Of a DNA stretch of 64,000 bases, positions 25,690 through 39,625 are shown piece by piece; the first letter of the stretch is position 1; each line of letters starts with the position of its first letter. A model generated the notes under the pieces. The model had not been told where the DNA came from. It saw only the letters and a program-made list of their open reading frames with translations, and made no database searches. The DNA is from Octopus vulgaris (Eukaryota), in contig OX597815.1 in assembly GCA_951406725.2 (NCBI GenBank), positions 209,312,001 to 209,376,000 on the forward strand. The letters run 5' to 3'. The position numbers were made by a program, and so were the translations under genes.

Positions 25690-26510
25690 ATTTGTAGCAT
25701 ATTGAATACAAAGATATCCTCTCTTGTGCATGATTCTACTTTCTTCATCATCATTATAAACCTTCAGTGCATTGATGACATGACAACAGAAGCCTCCTCG
25801 ATAAAGAATAAGTTCTCCAGCTGTTTTGCCACTCTTGTTCAAACAGCTCTTGATATTGTCCATCCATTGTATACTTTGCCTGCTCCTTCATCTGCAACCC
25901 ACTCCTCGTCTTCCTTCCACGGTAATGCTTTCCAGATCTTTGTTTCTACAAATGTGGCTATAATAGATGAACTTTTGCTTTTTAACAATATTCAGAAGTC
26001 ATTGTCTTTCCCTTACATGTAACATCCATTCATTTATATAATAATCCTTGTAAAAGATTCATAACATTCTCCTATACACCCACATTTCAAACACATTGAT
26101 TGTGTTCCCTTCAAATTTATTCAAAGTCCATGCTTTGCAACCATAAATGCCTATTGGCCGAATGAGCACTCACACCCCAATTATTTAAAACTTAGTTTGG
26201 ACACTTTTACTGCACCAGATTTTATTAAGCTTTTCCATGAAACATTCCATGGCTAGCCATATCCTAATTTCTTTCTTACACATGATTTATACTTTAAGAA
26301 AACTTTCATCTGCTAATGACTTTGCATCATGCAGAATCAAAATATTGGATTGTCTGGAAAGCTTCTGCCGATTTTTAAAGGAAAGAAAAAGGTCAATAAA
26401 TACTTGCCATTTCATTTTTAATCAACCAAATATGAACCATTTTGTTGCACAATACATCTCAAACTTTCCTTTAACTTGAAAATACTCTCAACATTTTGTC
26501 CAGTGGGGTA
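25690..26510 (-). mobile_element. Highly decayed RTE-like LINE RT C-terminal remnant
   Basis: Minus-strand fragments LIRPIGIYGCKAWTL and RSRQSIQWMDNIK resemble RTE motifs. Confidence 0.55.
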
Positions 26511-26875
26511 ATGGTTCTCCTAGCTCTCTACCTTAGGTTAACTAGTATATTGATAACCAGGGGTGAAGGATCCTTAGTTGTCATCTGAACTCCCTTCTAG
26601 AAGAAAGTAAACTTGTATATAAAAAAACCTCCAAAAACCTGAAGTGCAGCTGGTTTCTGGAATATCTCAATTTACGTTTTTATCACTGGTGTTAAAGCCG
26701 TTTGTACTGAAAGTGAGTTCTGTCATGTGCAACCCTTTACCCACTCAAAACAAATTCACATACAGGAACTTTTTAGATTCTTGATTTTAAGAAGTGATCT
26801 TACTTAATTATCAGTTGACTTCCACCATGTATGCATGTATGTCAACAGCCATCCAATAAATATTTTAAGGCTGTA

Positions 26876-27217
26876 TCATGCGTGGGGACATAGAAATAAT
26901 CGGACTGAATACCCGATCGTGCGGTTAAACCATTGGGAGTGAAGGACTCCTAGCCTTTGTTAGGGCATCCTTCTAGGAGAAGGTAACTCAGGAAACTGGG
27001 ATAACTCTGACATAAAACCTGCGGCTCAGTGGTTACCGATGATGTTGACTTGTTCTTCTTTTCGGATTATGGCTGCTGTTGCTTAGTGAGTGGGATTGAC
27101 TCAGTGCACAGCTTTTCCTCACTTTAAAAAAAATCTTCTTGCACAGGCATTGCATGATAACAACATTGATTAAGCTTCGTGCAATGGCCATACTCAATAA
27201 CGAGGGGGCAGCCACCA
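26876..27217 (+). mobile_element. Interspersed repeat resembling an RTE 5' UTR segment
   Basis: gggcatccttctaggagaaggtaactc motif; a related degenerate copy lies at ~26560-26610. Confidence 0.35.
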
Positions 27218-27415
27218 TGTATGTATGTATGTCATTATTCAGTTTTATTTCAAGAGAAAGAGACACCTTCTAAAACTTAGATCCAAAGCTCCTTCATTGG
27301 AATTTCAACAACAGGAACAGGGTATTTTTGCATGTATGTATATGTGCAGATTTACGAGTTTTGTATTATATATGTTATTCTCATGCATATAGTTGCATGT
27401 CGAGACATTCTCATA
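27218..27415 (-). mobile_element. 3' UTR of second R4/Dong-like family, ending in (CATA)n
   Basis: Matches 31186-31270 (gacatgcaactatatgcat...tctgca.atatacatacat) and ends gaaataaaactgaataatgacatacatac. Confidence 0.65.
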
Positions 27416-28298
27416 CGCAATTCATTCATATATCCAACAGCGGGGTTTTGTTTTTCTCTTTTATAACAGTGAAATAAATCAGTATTCAATTCATAACTCA
27501 AAGAGAAATGAATTTTGTAGTTATGGTTACTTCTATAACTACAGCTGGAAAGAATCTCTTTGCCTGTTGAGCTGTTGTTTTCATTCTGTTCTTTGCCAGT
27601 GTTGTTGATGGTGTGTCCACCATGTTGTATGTAGTAACTCTCTGCATAGTAAATTCAAGTCTCAGTTGAAAATCGCTATGATCTTGTATAAAAGGCTCCT
27701 TAAGTTAATTCATCTGAAGATTAGCCAGTTATTTAAAAGTCTGATAGTTGTGGCTTCAAAGTTGGAGATAGTATTCGTCATATTTTCAATAAGTAGTCTC
27801 CCACACCAAATACGCAACTTGTCTCTTTGAGATGCAATGTATGCGTGTATGTATGTACATACATATATATGTATGTAAAAAGTATGAGGAATTTTGATCA
27901 GGGTGACCCAAACTAATAGGTATGAGCACTGAGTGCTCAAATTGGTATGCCACTGGAATTACAGTTTGAGCTGCAATCAAAGATGTGATTTTGTGACTGT
28001 CCTTTCTAAAGCGACTATAAGTGGCCTCTCCATGAGTCGGTGGGTATAGACTAAAACAGAAACGAAAAGGCAAATAGTTTGGTAAGACTTGAAAGGGCAT
28101 TTAATTTAGCTAAATAATAAAGAGACTATTTAAACCTTTTATTATGTAACTCAATTAAAAACCTTGCCAATTCTTGCCATTCTGTTTCCCATTTCTGCTT
28201 TGTACAAGGTGTATAAGGTATTTGAGAACACCTTTTTTTTGGGCCATTGCTGCATTTTTTTACTAACTCTGTATAATCTTTGTGTCAGAATATAATAA

Positions 28299-29148
28299 TG
28301 TCAGACCCTCAGCTAACTCAAGAAATGAAGAGGCATGCTATTATTGTGGTTATAAAGGCTGAGCATAGTGATTTGGAAATATCTCGATTTTTAAAAATTG
28401 CCAGAAGATGGAAGCTGGAAATAAACCCCCAGTATCAAAGCATAAAAAGCATTCTAAACACTCTGAAATCATGAGAACACCTGAATTTATCCAGCAAGTT
28501 CAACAGACCATTGATTACAATCTCAGAAAGTCCATGAGGTCAATTGCAAAAGATCTCCAAGTGTCAGAAGGAACAGTCAGAAATGTTGTCCATGAAGACA
28601 TGAGGTATAAGTCTTATATGATGAGGAAAGGTCAATTGGTCAGAAAAAACAAAAGAAAATCACTACATCAGATCTAAAAGGCTCTTAAACAAACTGAAAA
28701 ATCCATCAGAAAAAAGATTTGATTTGGTTTTTCTCAAACGAAAAAAACTTCGACCAAGATCAAAATTTGACGGAAGAAATAACAGATGGTTATGTGCAGA
28801 CCCTTCTGAAGTTCCAAGTGTTAGGCTTACAAAATTTCCTGCAACTATCATGGTTTTAGGGGTTGTCAGCAATGAAGGACATGTGATGTTTCCTTACTTC
28901 TTTCCACAAGGCCTTAGAGTTAAATCTGCTGCCTACATTGAGGTCTTGGAAATAATTGCTAAGCCCTGGATAGACAGTGTATGCTATGGAAGGCCATATG
29001 TATTTCTGCAAGACTCTGCACTATCACAGATGACTCTAGTAACACAGGAATGGATAGTTGAAAATTTTCATGATCACATAACCCCTAACATTTGGCCTCC
29101 AAATTCCCCTGATCTCAATCCATTGGACTATTACATGTGGAGCATTGT
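28299..29148 (+). pseudogene. Decayed DD37D (maT-type) Tc1/mariner transposase
   Basis: HTH RTPEFIQQV..SMRSIAKDLQVS; KFPATIMVLGVVSNEG; QDSA...WPPNSPDLNPLDY with 37 residues between the second and third Asp; frameshifted. Confidence 0.9.
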
Positions 29149-29189
29149 TGTGTGTGTGTGTGTGTGTGCATATGTGTGTGTATTTATGT

Positions 29190-29455
29190 ATGTAAAGGGT
29201 AAAGACTCCTTCTGGTTATGAACAACCATGGGATTGCACCTAGAAATTTACCCTCCAAGGCACAAGTCTGGGCAAAGGCCAATACAGCTTGGCACCAGTG
29301 ATGTTGCAACACATTTTTACAGCTGAGTGAACTGGAGCAATGTGAAATATAATGTCTTACTCAAGAACACAACACACAGCCCGGTCCAGGAATTGAACTC
29401 ATTATTTCATTATTGTGAGCCCGATGCTCTAACCACTTAGCCACATGCCTTCACA
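29190..29455 (-). mobile_element. Family D-like SINE
   Basis: tRNA-like head and tgtgttcttgagtaagacatt core on minus strand. Confidence 0.7.
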
Positions 29456-29479
29456 CTTATGTATGTATGCAAATATATA

Positions 29480-29692
29480 ATCCTTTCTACAATAAGTACC
29501 AGTCTTGAAATTTGGGGGAGGGGGTAGTCAATTATATCGACCCCAATACTCAATTGGTACTTATTTCATCGATCCCAAAAGGATGAAAAGCAAAGTTGAC
29601 CTCAGCAGAATTTGAACTCAGAACATAGCGGCAGATGTAATCCTACTAAGCATTTTGCCCGGCATGCTAACGATTCTGCCAGTTCACCGTCC
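29480..29692 (-). mobile_element. Family B SINE
   Basis: Family B body. Confidence 0.75.
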
Positions 29693-29719
29693 TTCTAAGC
29701 ATATATAAAAATAATAATT

Positions 29720-29960
29720 ATAATAAATGCGCCCTTTTAAAGCCTAGTCAGGCTCATGAGTCCGGTTTCCCGGTTTCTATGGCGTATGTGTTCCCCAGCT
29801 GGACAGAACGCCAGTCCATCGCAGCGTTACTCATTTTTGGCAGCTGAGTGGACAGGAGCAATGTGAAATGAAGTGTTTTGCTCAAGAACACAACGCGTTG
29901 CCCGGTTCAGGAATCGAAACCACAATCTTACGATCATGATGCTAACCACGTGCCTCCACT
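29720..29960 (-). mobile_element. Family D-like SINE with a different tail
   Basis: ggtttcgattcc B box and tgtgttcttgagcaaaacactt core. Confidence 0.7.
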
Positions 29961-30515
29961 GTGTATATATAATAATAAAATAAAATTTTGAGCTTGATTT
30001 GAATGTTCAAGATGAATAAAATAGTTTCCAGAAAAATGTCAGTGGGTGAGTTCATTTTATCCATTGGAACATTCTATTTATTCTTGTGTATATACAGGCA
30101 GACATTATGAATTTATGTTGGTGTATATACAAGCAGTCTGTTACTAGATTTGAAAGCCAGGATAATTATGGACCGTTTGTATTTAGCATTAGATTTCCAA
30201 ATATTTCTTCTTTAAGTATAGATGATATATTTTTACCTAAGCCATCATAAACATAGCAATGAAGTAATGACAATGAAAACGCTGAAAATTTACAGCATTT
30301 TGATGTGCATTGCAAAATAATCCATTTGTTTGTTACTACCAACGATTGCATGTGACTTGATTTTATAATATAATTGAGTTTAAGGAGTCGGTATGTTACT
30401 ATGGATGTTTGTTAGTCAAATGGATGGTAATTTAAACAGGCAAAATCCAGCTTCTGCTAAACAAACATGATTATAGGATATGAGCTGAGCATTACAGTAG
30501 GTAAAATAAGCAGTA

Positions 30516-30678
30516 CCGTAACACTTCAAGTATAGTCCGCCCTTGAGTATAATATGCAGGGGATTTTTAGTGGGTTGTACCTCTGAAAAACCTAAACCTT
30601 GTGTATAATACGTACCCCTTCTCTAACTTGAGTCAAGGGGGTCTATATAACGTCCTTGGTTTGTAAAAATGTATACGG
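30516..30678. mobile_element. Possible Tc2/pogo-like MITE remnant
   Basis: TA|ccgta ... tacgg|TA ends with internal repeated gtataat motifs; TIR is very short. Confidence 0.35.
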
Positions 30679-30807
30679 TAACATCCTTTATTATTATTGT
30701 ATATATAGCATAATGCAAACATGTAGCTTTTTTGTGCATTTTGTTTGCAGAAAATAAAGAAATAACAGTAATAACATTTAATAAATGTTGCTTATTGCAA
30801 GTTATGG

Positions 30808-31270
30808 ATGAAGACCACAATAAACTGTAAGTACAATAGACCTGATATAATGATTTGGGGTAGCAAAGAGAAAGTGTGCACAGTTGTGGAAATTAGCTTC
30901 CCAGTGGATGTTAACATGAAGCTGAAGATCAGAGAAAAAGAGAATACCTACACTGAACTATTCAGAAATCTGAAGTTACTTTATCCAGACTACAAATTCC
31001 GGTTTATACCTGTAATTCTTGGGAGCCCGAGATATGTAACACACTGCCTAAATACCAATCTTAAGAAATTAGGCTTCTCAAAATCAGAAAGGAGAAAGCT
31101 ACTGTAATTCAAAGACTACAGATCCAGTCCATCACTGGAACTGTAAAAGTCTGTAAAACTTTCCAGAAGTTTATCATCTAAATATATATGAGCTTGTCTA
31201 GACATGCAACTATATGCATTAGATTATATACACAAGGTAAAACATACAAGTCTGCAGATATACATACATA
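30808..31270 (+). mobile_element. R4/Dong-like LINE 3' fragment (restriction-like endonuclease), second family
   Basis: NRPDIMIW..CTVVEISFPVD..EKENTY..FIPVILG. Confidence 0.8.
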
Positions 31271-31271
31271 C

Positions 31272-31762
31272 ATCATCATCATCATCATTGTTCGACCGTG
31301 GTCGAGACAATGGAATTTACCATGCTATGCCAGACTTCACAGTCCATCATGGCATTATGGAGGTCCTGTTGCTGGATGCCTGTATCCTTGGAGATTACAT
31401 CAGGGTAGGAGAGTGTGCGCCCTCTGGTATTGCGAGTAGATGGCCTCCAGAGGAGAAGAGTAGAAATTACCTCTTTTTCAGCTCTACAACAATGTCCAGC
31501 AAACTGGACTCTCTTACCTTTCACAAGAGATGACACAGGTGGTAGCTTCCCATATATTTGCATTTTGGTTGGATGGCGCTTCCACGAGAGATTTTGAGCT
31601 CTCATAAGGAGGCGAGTGTAGGTTCCCTCCAACCGCCTCTCAAGCTTCTTTGATAACGTCCAGGTTTCTGTGCCATATAGTAGAATTGGTTCGACTGTGG
31701 CTTTGAAGATTTCAAGTTTGAAGTCTCTACTTAGATTTGATGACCAGATCTTATGCAAGTCA
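31272..31762 (-). mobile_element. RTE-clade LINE 3' fragment inserted in (CATA)n
   Basis: KLEIFKATVEPILLYGTETWTL..FAGHCCR. The stop codon lies in the (TGA)n tail; catacatacata on both sides. Confidence 0.85.
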
Positions 31763-32597
31763 TACATACATACATACATACATAAATTGACTGTCAGCAC
31801 GAAATTGTGGTGTGATATAGCTTCTTGGATGTTGTAGAATTTAACTTCTTTTCATTCCATAAAAACTGTTTTGGCAGCTAACTTAGCAGGCAGATGACTT
31901 TCAGCTTACGAGGAGGCAACTTGGGACATTTGTCCAAACAATTTTAGGTGCTCGGACAGACCGATTCTGAACATTCATACAATGTCCCTTGAATAACTTT
32001 TACAGACATGTCATGGTTTTTCTCTCCTCCTTGTAGGCAACTGTATTATTAATATCATTGTAAATAGCCAAACACATAATATCATGTTCAGTAATAAATA
32101 TTAGTTAAAGGTTTGTTTGAGTTTGTTTGAGTTATCATTCACACAGCCAATGGCATTCCACAGATACACGACAACGAAGGTGACTCAGCTCTTTAAAATA
32201 TATCATTATTAACGAGCTCAACACGAGCGACCAAGCAAACCACATGATACTATTAACCACATCAATGAAAAAAAATCATTCTTTATATATCTGACTATGT
32301 AATCCCCTGGTAATTATGAATTGATGGTTAAAAACTGGAAATACATTAAAAGAAAAGAATATGGGAAATACAAGTAAAGATTTAACATGTTTAAATGGAA
32401 AAAGAAAACATTACTGATTCATGATTCAAGACTTCATGAATATGATGATGTGTTTGTATCCTTTGGATGTATATACATCGACCATGAAGGTGAAAAGTAG
32501 TGACAGTGTGTTCTCTGTTGTAAAATGTAGTGCAAAGAAAGTATGAAGTCAACCAGACTTTGCTGACATTTAGAAACAAGATGTTACACATAAACGT

Positions 32598-33340
32598 AGG
32601 CACAGGCTTGGTTCTATGGTTAAGAAGCCTGCTTTACAACCACATGGTTGTCAGTTCAGTCCCATGGTACAGCACCTTAGTTTAGTGGATTCTACTCTAA
32701 CTCTGGGCCAACCAATGCCTTGTGAGTGAATTTCATCATCGTTTAGTGTCCGCTTTCCATGCTAGCATGGGTTGGACGGTTCGATCGGGGTCTGGGAAGC
32801 CAGGAGGCTGCACCAGGCCCAGTCTGATCTGGCAATGTTTCTACAGCTGGATGCCCTTCCTAACGCCAACCACTCCGTGAGTGTAGTGGGTGCTTTTTAC
32901 ATGCCACCGGCACAGGTGCCAAGCGAGGCTGGCAAACGGCCACGATCGGATGGTGCTTTTTATGTCCCACCGGCACGGAGGCCAGGCGAGGCTGGCAACG
33001 GAAGATAGAAACTGTGGAAGTCTGTTATATGTGTGTATGTGTGTTTGTGTGTGTGTATGTGTGTGTTTGTGTGTATGTGTGTGTGCATGCGTGCATTTGT
33101 GTGTGTGTGTGCATGTGCGTGTTTGTGTGTGTTTCTGTGTGTGTGTGTGTTCATGTGTTTGTTCTTGCTTGACTGCTGATATTGGTTTGCTCCTGTCCTT
33201 GTAACTTAGCAGTTTGACAAAAAAGACCAACAGAATAAGTACCAAACTTAAAAGTTAAGTACTGGGGTTGATTTCTTCAATTAAACTCTTCAAGGTGGTG
33301 CCCCAGCATGGCCACAGTCCAATGACTGCAACAAGTAAAA
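32598..33340 (+). mobile_element. Family A SINE interrupted by antisense family C (32734-33000)
   Basis: Break after gtgagtgaattt; family A resumes at gatagaaactg. Confidence 0.8.
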
Positions 33341-33509
33341 TGATGAATATTTCCAAAGGAGATGCCAAGAACTACTTTCATGATAAAAGGCAATAGCAAA
33401 AAATGGCAACTGGCCGTCATAATAAAACTGCTGTGCTGGCATTGTATGATGTGTCTCCTGCAATTTCAGAATGTGGAAAACCAAACACAGCAGTAGAAGA
33501 ACTAATTCT

Positions 33510-33748
33510 TATTTCTTTATTGCCCACAAGGGGCTAAACATAGAGGGGACAAACAAGGACAGACAAAGGGATTAAGTCGATTACATCGACCCCAGGGAAA
33601 TAACTGGTACTTAATTTATCGACCCCCGAAAGGATGTAAGGCAAAGTCAACCTCAGCAGAATTTGAACTCAGAACGTAATGGCAGCAGACAAAATACCGA
33701 TAAGCATTTTGCCCGACACGCTAACATTTTTGCCAGCTCGCCACCTTA
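33510..33748 (-). mobile_element. Family B SINE with 16-bp TSD
   Basis: tagaagaactaattct on both sides. Confidence 0.85.
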
Positions 33749-34269
33749 TTAGAAGAACTAATTCTGCCAACTTACAAACCTTTTGCCTTATCTTTTTTTT
33801 TTATGGTTAGGTCCCAGCCCAGACTGCAGCAACAATGTCCACTGCCCACACTTCTTGGTCCAACATCACTGCCTTGAGGTCCTGGATTCATTGCAGGCCG
33901 GTGAATGTGATCAAGTTGTTAATGTAAACACGAATACCTTTTCCTCTTCTTACATCGCCAGGAAGTGAGTTCCATGGGACTATTTTGGATGCTTCCAATT
34001 CAGTGGTGCCATATGCAGTGACCGGATAATTGCGGCTGTCTTTGCCCGATCTTCTTACTAACTTTTGGCAGGTCTCCATAAAGACATTCGTTTGTTAATA
34101 TGTTGCTGCCGTTTCACATTTCGGGCTATTCGTAGCATCCTTGAGTAGCAGTCATCTTGTCTGTTTCATAATGCATAGAAACAAGGTAGCAAGGAATTAT
34201 GATTTGACTCCATAACCAAACAATTCTACGAAGCAGAAAACAGACGTCATGACGATATCAAAAACCAAC

Positions 34270-34945
34270 CAGTAAGTGAAAAGAGTTCTGCAAAGTAAAT
34301 ACTATACCATACGCTTAAATGAAAGTGCAAATATTTCAAACAGGCCTGATTTGCTAGCATTAATATTCTTTCTATCATTGCTAGAAGGCTTGAAATTTTG
34401 TGGAGAGGGGCCAGATATTTACATCAATTACTTATTTTATCGACCCCAAAAAGATGAAAGGTAAAGAAAACCTCAGCATCAATTTAGCTCAGAACATAAA
34501 TTCGGTAAAAATTGCTGCTAAGTATGTTGCCTAGAATTCTAATGATTCTTCTAGCTTGTTGCTTATTTTCTTGCATTTATATGGTATGAATTTAATGGTA
34601 TGATTTGTAAAGATTTCCAGTTTTGCTAATCTTCACCAATACTTAGAACCAGGGGCATACGTGTGTGATATTTTTATGTATTTGAACGACCTGAATTTGA
34701 ATCTATAAAGGAAATCCATAATGTTTTAAACATCAAAGATAAAGAGGAAGCCATGATTATGGGATTAAACTTATGGAATAAACATCTGCAGAACTGTGTG
34801 TTTAAATTCGGTTTTTTCTTTCTTTAATGCTCTGGGGCTTTCTTGAAACTTCTGATGTTGATGATTTCCCTGAAGAAATAAGAAACATTTTTATTTACCA
34901 TTTGCAAAGTTTGAAGACCTGTTTCAGGGATTATTTTTATCTTCT
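34270..34945 (+). pseudogene. Decayed hAT (Charlie/Buster-like) transposase fragments, split by a family B SINE
   Basis: SKYYTIRLNESANIS resembles the AIQLDESTD motif; also FIWYEF..KDFQFC, DIF..LNDLNLNL and HLQSLKTCFRDYF. Confidence 0.55.
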
Positions 34946-35349
34946 AGATCCTCGTCATCATTGTCAGCATCATCGTTCTTGTCATTGCCATCATCATCAT
35001 CATCATTTTACGTCCATGTTCTATGCTGGCATGGGTTTGACAATTCAATAGGAACCAATGCATCCAAGAACTGCATTGAACTCCAATGTCTGTTTTGGCA
35101 TGGTTTTATGAACCAACGCCCATCCTAATGCCAACCACTTTACAGCATAGACTGTATACTACTCTTTTCTTGCCATCTGCACTATTTAGGTCATCATGCA
35201 AGTCCTGGGGGTAAGTAGGGGGTTAGCTTTATGCTTTGTGATGAGAAGATTACTATGAAAGGAAGGGGAAGAGCAGGTTCCTTTCAACAGCTTCCAGATA
35301 TCAGTTGGATTAAGAATTCATTTCATGCACAAATTAAAAAATGCTAGAC

Positions 35350-35508
35350 TACACTCTCAGAGTGGTTGGCGTTAGGGCATCTAGCTGTAGAAACTCTGCC
35401 AGATCAGATTGGAGCCTGATGCAGCCATCTGGTTCGCCAGTCCTCAGTCAAATCGTCCAATCCATGCTAGCATGGAAAGCAGACGTTAAATGATGATGAT
35501 GATGATGA
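35350..35508 (+). mobile_element. Family C 3' part
   Basis: Body plus (GAT)n tail. Confidence 0.75.
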
Positions 35509-36842
35509 TTTGATCTTTCATACTTTTGAAGTCAATAAGTTGAATCAGACACTTTGTACCTGTTCTGGATCTTTGCATTTTGAGTTCTAATCCTGCTAAA
35601 GCCTACATGTACGGTAGACTTAATCTGTCCCTGTTTTAACACTGCTGCCTGGATCTTTGGTTGCTTTAGTAGATTTCCCTTGTTGCAAGCATTATGGCTG
35701 TCTCCAGTTTGAGGATACCCTCTTAAACCATTCTTTGAGGCCCTGTAAAAGGGTTATGAACACTACCTTCCATCCTGACTATGGGATAGAAGACTACCTT
35801 GTGTTGTTGTTGTTGAATTATCCCAGGTTAGCCCTGAAGTAAATCTACAATCAAAGGCACAACAGCTGTGATTATCCCATCTTTTTAAAGAGTTATCTGG
35901 GACTGAATTAGCAAATATAGCTTTCCTTATCTGAGAGTGTAGCTGCTATCTCTGGAATGTCGAACAATTGCATAAAAATTCCGAATATGTACATCATAGA
36001 GATAGATTTTGTAGCATCAACTCAAGCTACTTGAAAACTCACTCATTTAAAAAAAAAATATATATAGACGTTTGGTTTTCCAAGATGCTGATTGATGTTT
36101 GCGAAAGCAGTGAGTTGTAAATATGAATCTATAATAATTTTTTTTGTATTAAAATGTTTGCTTTGATATTGAAAATAATTCTGTTAAGTAGATATATATA
36201 TCTGGGAAATTTGTTAATACAAGGAGATGAGAATATGGCAGACAATATTCTTCACTTATGCTGCCGCTGTGATTATTCTTGTATAACTGGTTTACTTTTA
36301 GTTGTAGATTTATGGTATGAAGTAAAAAAAAAAATTGTGATGGGGGAAGCAACAAACAAATCCATGTTTATATAATACATGTTTCTTCTTCTGAAAAGGA
36401 CATTAAAACCACTCAGTTTTTTTTTTTTATATATCTACTGAATTTATACTTTCTGACAGATGACTAATATTTACCCTGATTATGATAATCTGTTAAATCC
36501 TGATCTGGTTTATATAGATCTGAAGCATTGACTCAGTTGCTTGGTAAATGAGAGCAAACTACAGAAGATGGTAACTGCAAGTCCTGAAAATTTGTTTGGT
36601 AGCTTGTTGGATAAATGATTAAGTTCTGCAGGAGATGAATGCTAAACAAAAACTGATGGTGATGGCTCTTTTACTCTTTTACAGTTGGGAGCAGTAATCC
36701 AGACAGCTGAGGATGAAAGTCCCCCAGAGGACCATCATGGTTTCTTCTTCTTACATTTTGAAAGTTTGAAGGATCCATCCAGCCAAGCGTCTGCATTTTA
36801 TTGCCAACTTAGTAATATGTACCTGGAAGGATGCATCATTAC

Positions 36843-37018
36843 TCATGCTGAAGCGCAGGTCATGCACTCGGAATTCTCCAGCATTAAACTGCATGTTATT
36901 CTTCTCAGTTGCCTGTATATCACATCCAACTCCTGTCGCAGATGCACAACATTTCCAGGGTTCTGCATCCCCTTAGAGACTTTTATATCGTTTGCATAGC
37001 TAGTAAGGGTGGCTAGTT
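36843..37018 (-). mobile_element. CR1-like RT fragment around the YADD motif
   Basis: LTSYANDIKV...LRQELDVIY resembles YADDTK...LQ.DLD.IY. Confidence 0.6.
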
Positions 37019-37747
37019 GAGCATGATGATGATAACAATGATGACAACGATGATGATGATGATGATGATGATGGGTATAATTTTGTTGAACCAAATGTAA
37101 ATTAGCAGTTTCTGTCAGTCTAAAGATTACGTAGCTGTTATTTTATTTTTGTAGTAAGAAATATCTTTTCCAATATGTCATACATTTCTGTTTAAAATAA
37201 GTACAATACGATCATTATTGAGATCTGGTAGGCATTGCTAACTAGTTCAATAACCATTTAGCCGATCTCTCATTGGTTCGCCCAAAAGAAACCCCTGTTA
37301 TTTATCCAATGCAGCTTTTACAGTCTCATGCTATTTCAATGATACAGTTGATGATTATTGTACTTGGATAATTATTTAAACACATGTCTCTGACAAGTAA
37401 ATGCTTCTGAACCGAGAAATCCATTTTGCTAGCAGCATTACATCATGGATGTTCCCTGGGAAACTATTCTAAACTTGCCCAACTGAGCTAAATAAGCAGA
37501 GAGGTGAGAAGGAAATAAAAGGAATATATAGATATGCTTTGGAAATGTATTGCGAAATACATATAGAATAAAAATACGAAACAACAGGAAAAAAAATATA
37601 CCTGAGAAAATAACAAACAAGGTAATATTAAACAAAACTGGCCCAAAAGCAATCAATAAATATGTTTAAAAGCTAGCTACATGTATAACTACATCCCTTT
37701 CTATCTTACTCTTTTTCCCTCACAGTGTATGTGTGTGTGTGTGTGTT

Positions 37748-37778
<31 letters not shown>

Positions 37779-37803
37779 ATTTATATATATTTACACACAC
37801 ACG

Positions 37804-37853
<50 letters not shown>

Positions 37854-37856
37854 CAT

Positions 37857-37943
<87 letters not shown>

Positions 37944-38001
37944 TATATAGATAATAGATATATAGATAGATAAAGACATACACACACACACACACACACA
38001 C

Positions 38002-38039
<38 letters not shown>

Positions 38040-38044
38040 CATAC

Positions 38045-38091
<47 letters not shown>

Positions 38092-38385
38092 TAAATAGAT
38101 ATATAGATAGATAAAGACATGCAGACACACACACACACACACACACAAATACATGTCCTCATGTATTAATGCATGCACATATAAATTATCAGTTATCTGT
38201 AAATATATAAAAAACATTAAATATGAATAATGGAGCAGTTATATGTAACATGAAGCTGTATATTACTGGTTACGTTAACATTCCAACCAGTTATCAGTTG
38301 TATACCATAACCAGTAATATAAAACTTGAATATATATCAAGACACAGGCACTGTATATACACACACATATATATAATATGTAATT

Positions 38386-38471
<86 letters not shown>

Positions 38472-38517
38472 CACATATAGACCCCCACTCACACCCACAT
38501 ACCTATATATATATATA

Positions 38518-38936
38518 TTTACTCTTTCTCTTTTTACTCTTTTTACTTGTTTCAGTCATTTGACTGCGGCCATGCTGGAGCACCGCCATTAGTCGAGCAA
38601 ATCGACCCCGGGACTTATTCTTTGTAAGCCCAGTACTTATTCTATCGGTCTATTTTGCCGAACCGCTAAGTGACGGGGACGTAAACACACCAGCATCGGT
38701 TGTCAAGCAATGCTAGGGGTACAAACACAGACACACAAACACACACACACACATACATACATATACATATATACGACAGGCTTCTTTCAGTTTCCGTCTA
38801 CCAAATCCACTCACAAGGCATTGATCGACCTGGGGCTATAGCAGAAGACACTTGCCCAAGATGCCACACAGTGGGACTGAACCCGGAACCATGTGGTTGG
38901 TTAGCAAGCTACTTACCACACAGCCACTCCTGCGCC
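38518..38936 (-). mobile_element. Family A SINE
   Basis: Full copy. Confidence 0.85.
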
Positions 38937-38942
38937 TATATG

Positions 38943-39305
38943 TCATCATCATCATCATCATCGTTTAACGTCCATTTTTCATGCTAGTATGGGTTGGACG
39001 GTTCAACCAGGGTCTGAGAAGCCAGGAGGCTGCACCAGGCTCCAGTCTGATCTAGCAGTGTTTCTACAGCTGGATGCCCTTCCTAATGCCAACCACTCCG
39101 TGAGTGTAGTGGGTGCTTTTTACGTGCCACTGGCACAGGTGCCAGACGAGGCTGGCAATGGCCACGATCGGTTGGTGCTTTTTACATGCCACCAGCATGG
39201 AAGCCAGTGAAGGTGGTGCTGGCATCCGCCACGTTCAGATGGTGCTTTTTACGTGCCACCTGCACAGGTATCACAAACACAATTTCCATTTGATTTTTTT
39301 GATGT

Positions 39306-39308
<3 letters not shown>
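38943..39308 (-). mobile_element. Family C element
   Basis: (CAT)n tail on +, internal 60-bp units, 5' gatatcaacatcaaaaaaatcaaatggaaattg like 7075-7095. Confidence 0.8.
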
Positions 39309-39395
<87 letters not shown>

Positions 39396-39434
39396 CCTAG
39401 AACCTGTCCCCTGAACCACCCTCCCACTGTGCTC

Positions 39435-39625
39435 TCCTATATTTCGCACCCCCACCACCATTATAGGTGTCTATCTTTGAACCCCCTCTTATACGCTGCC
39501 CCCATATTTCTGCACCCCCCACCACCATTATAGGTGTTATCTTGAACCCCTCTTCAATACGCTGCCCCCATATTTCTGCACCCCCACCACCATTATAGGT
39601 GTCTACTTTTGAAACCCCTCTTCAT
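39435..39625. repeat. Minisatellite, ~66-70 bp x ~3
   Basis: Repeated atatttc(t)gcacccccaccaccattataggtgt..tgaacccctctt. Confidence 0.75.

Noticed and set aside
31900-32050. Possible piggyBac cysteine-rich domain remnant
   Set aside because: Too degraded to support.
33888-34079. PWNSLP motif suggesting a CR1 remnant
   Set aside because: Single short motif; insufficient to call.
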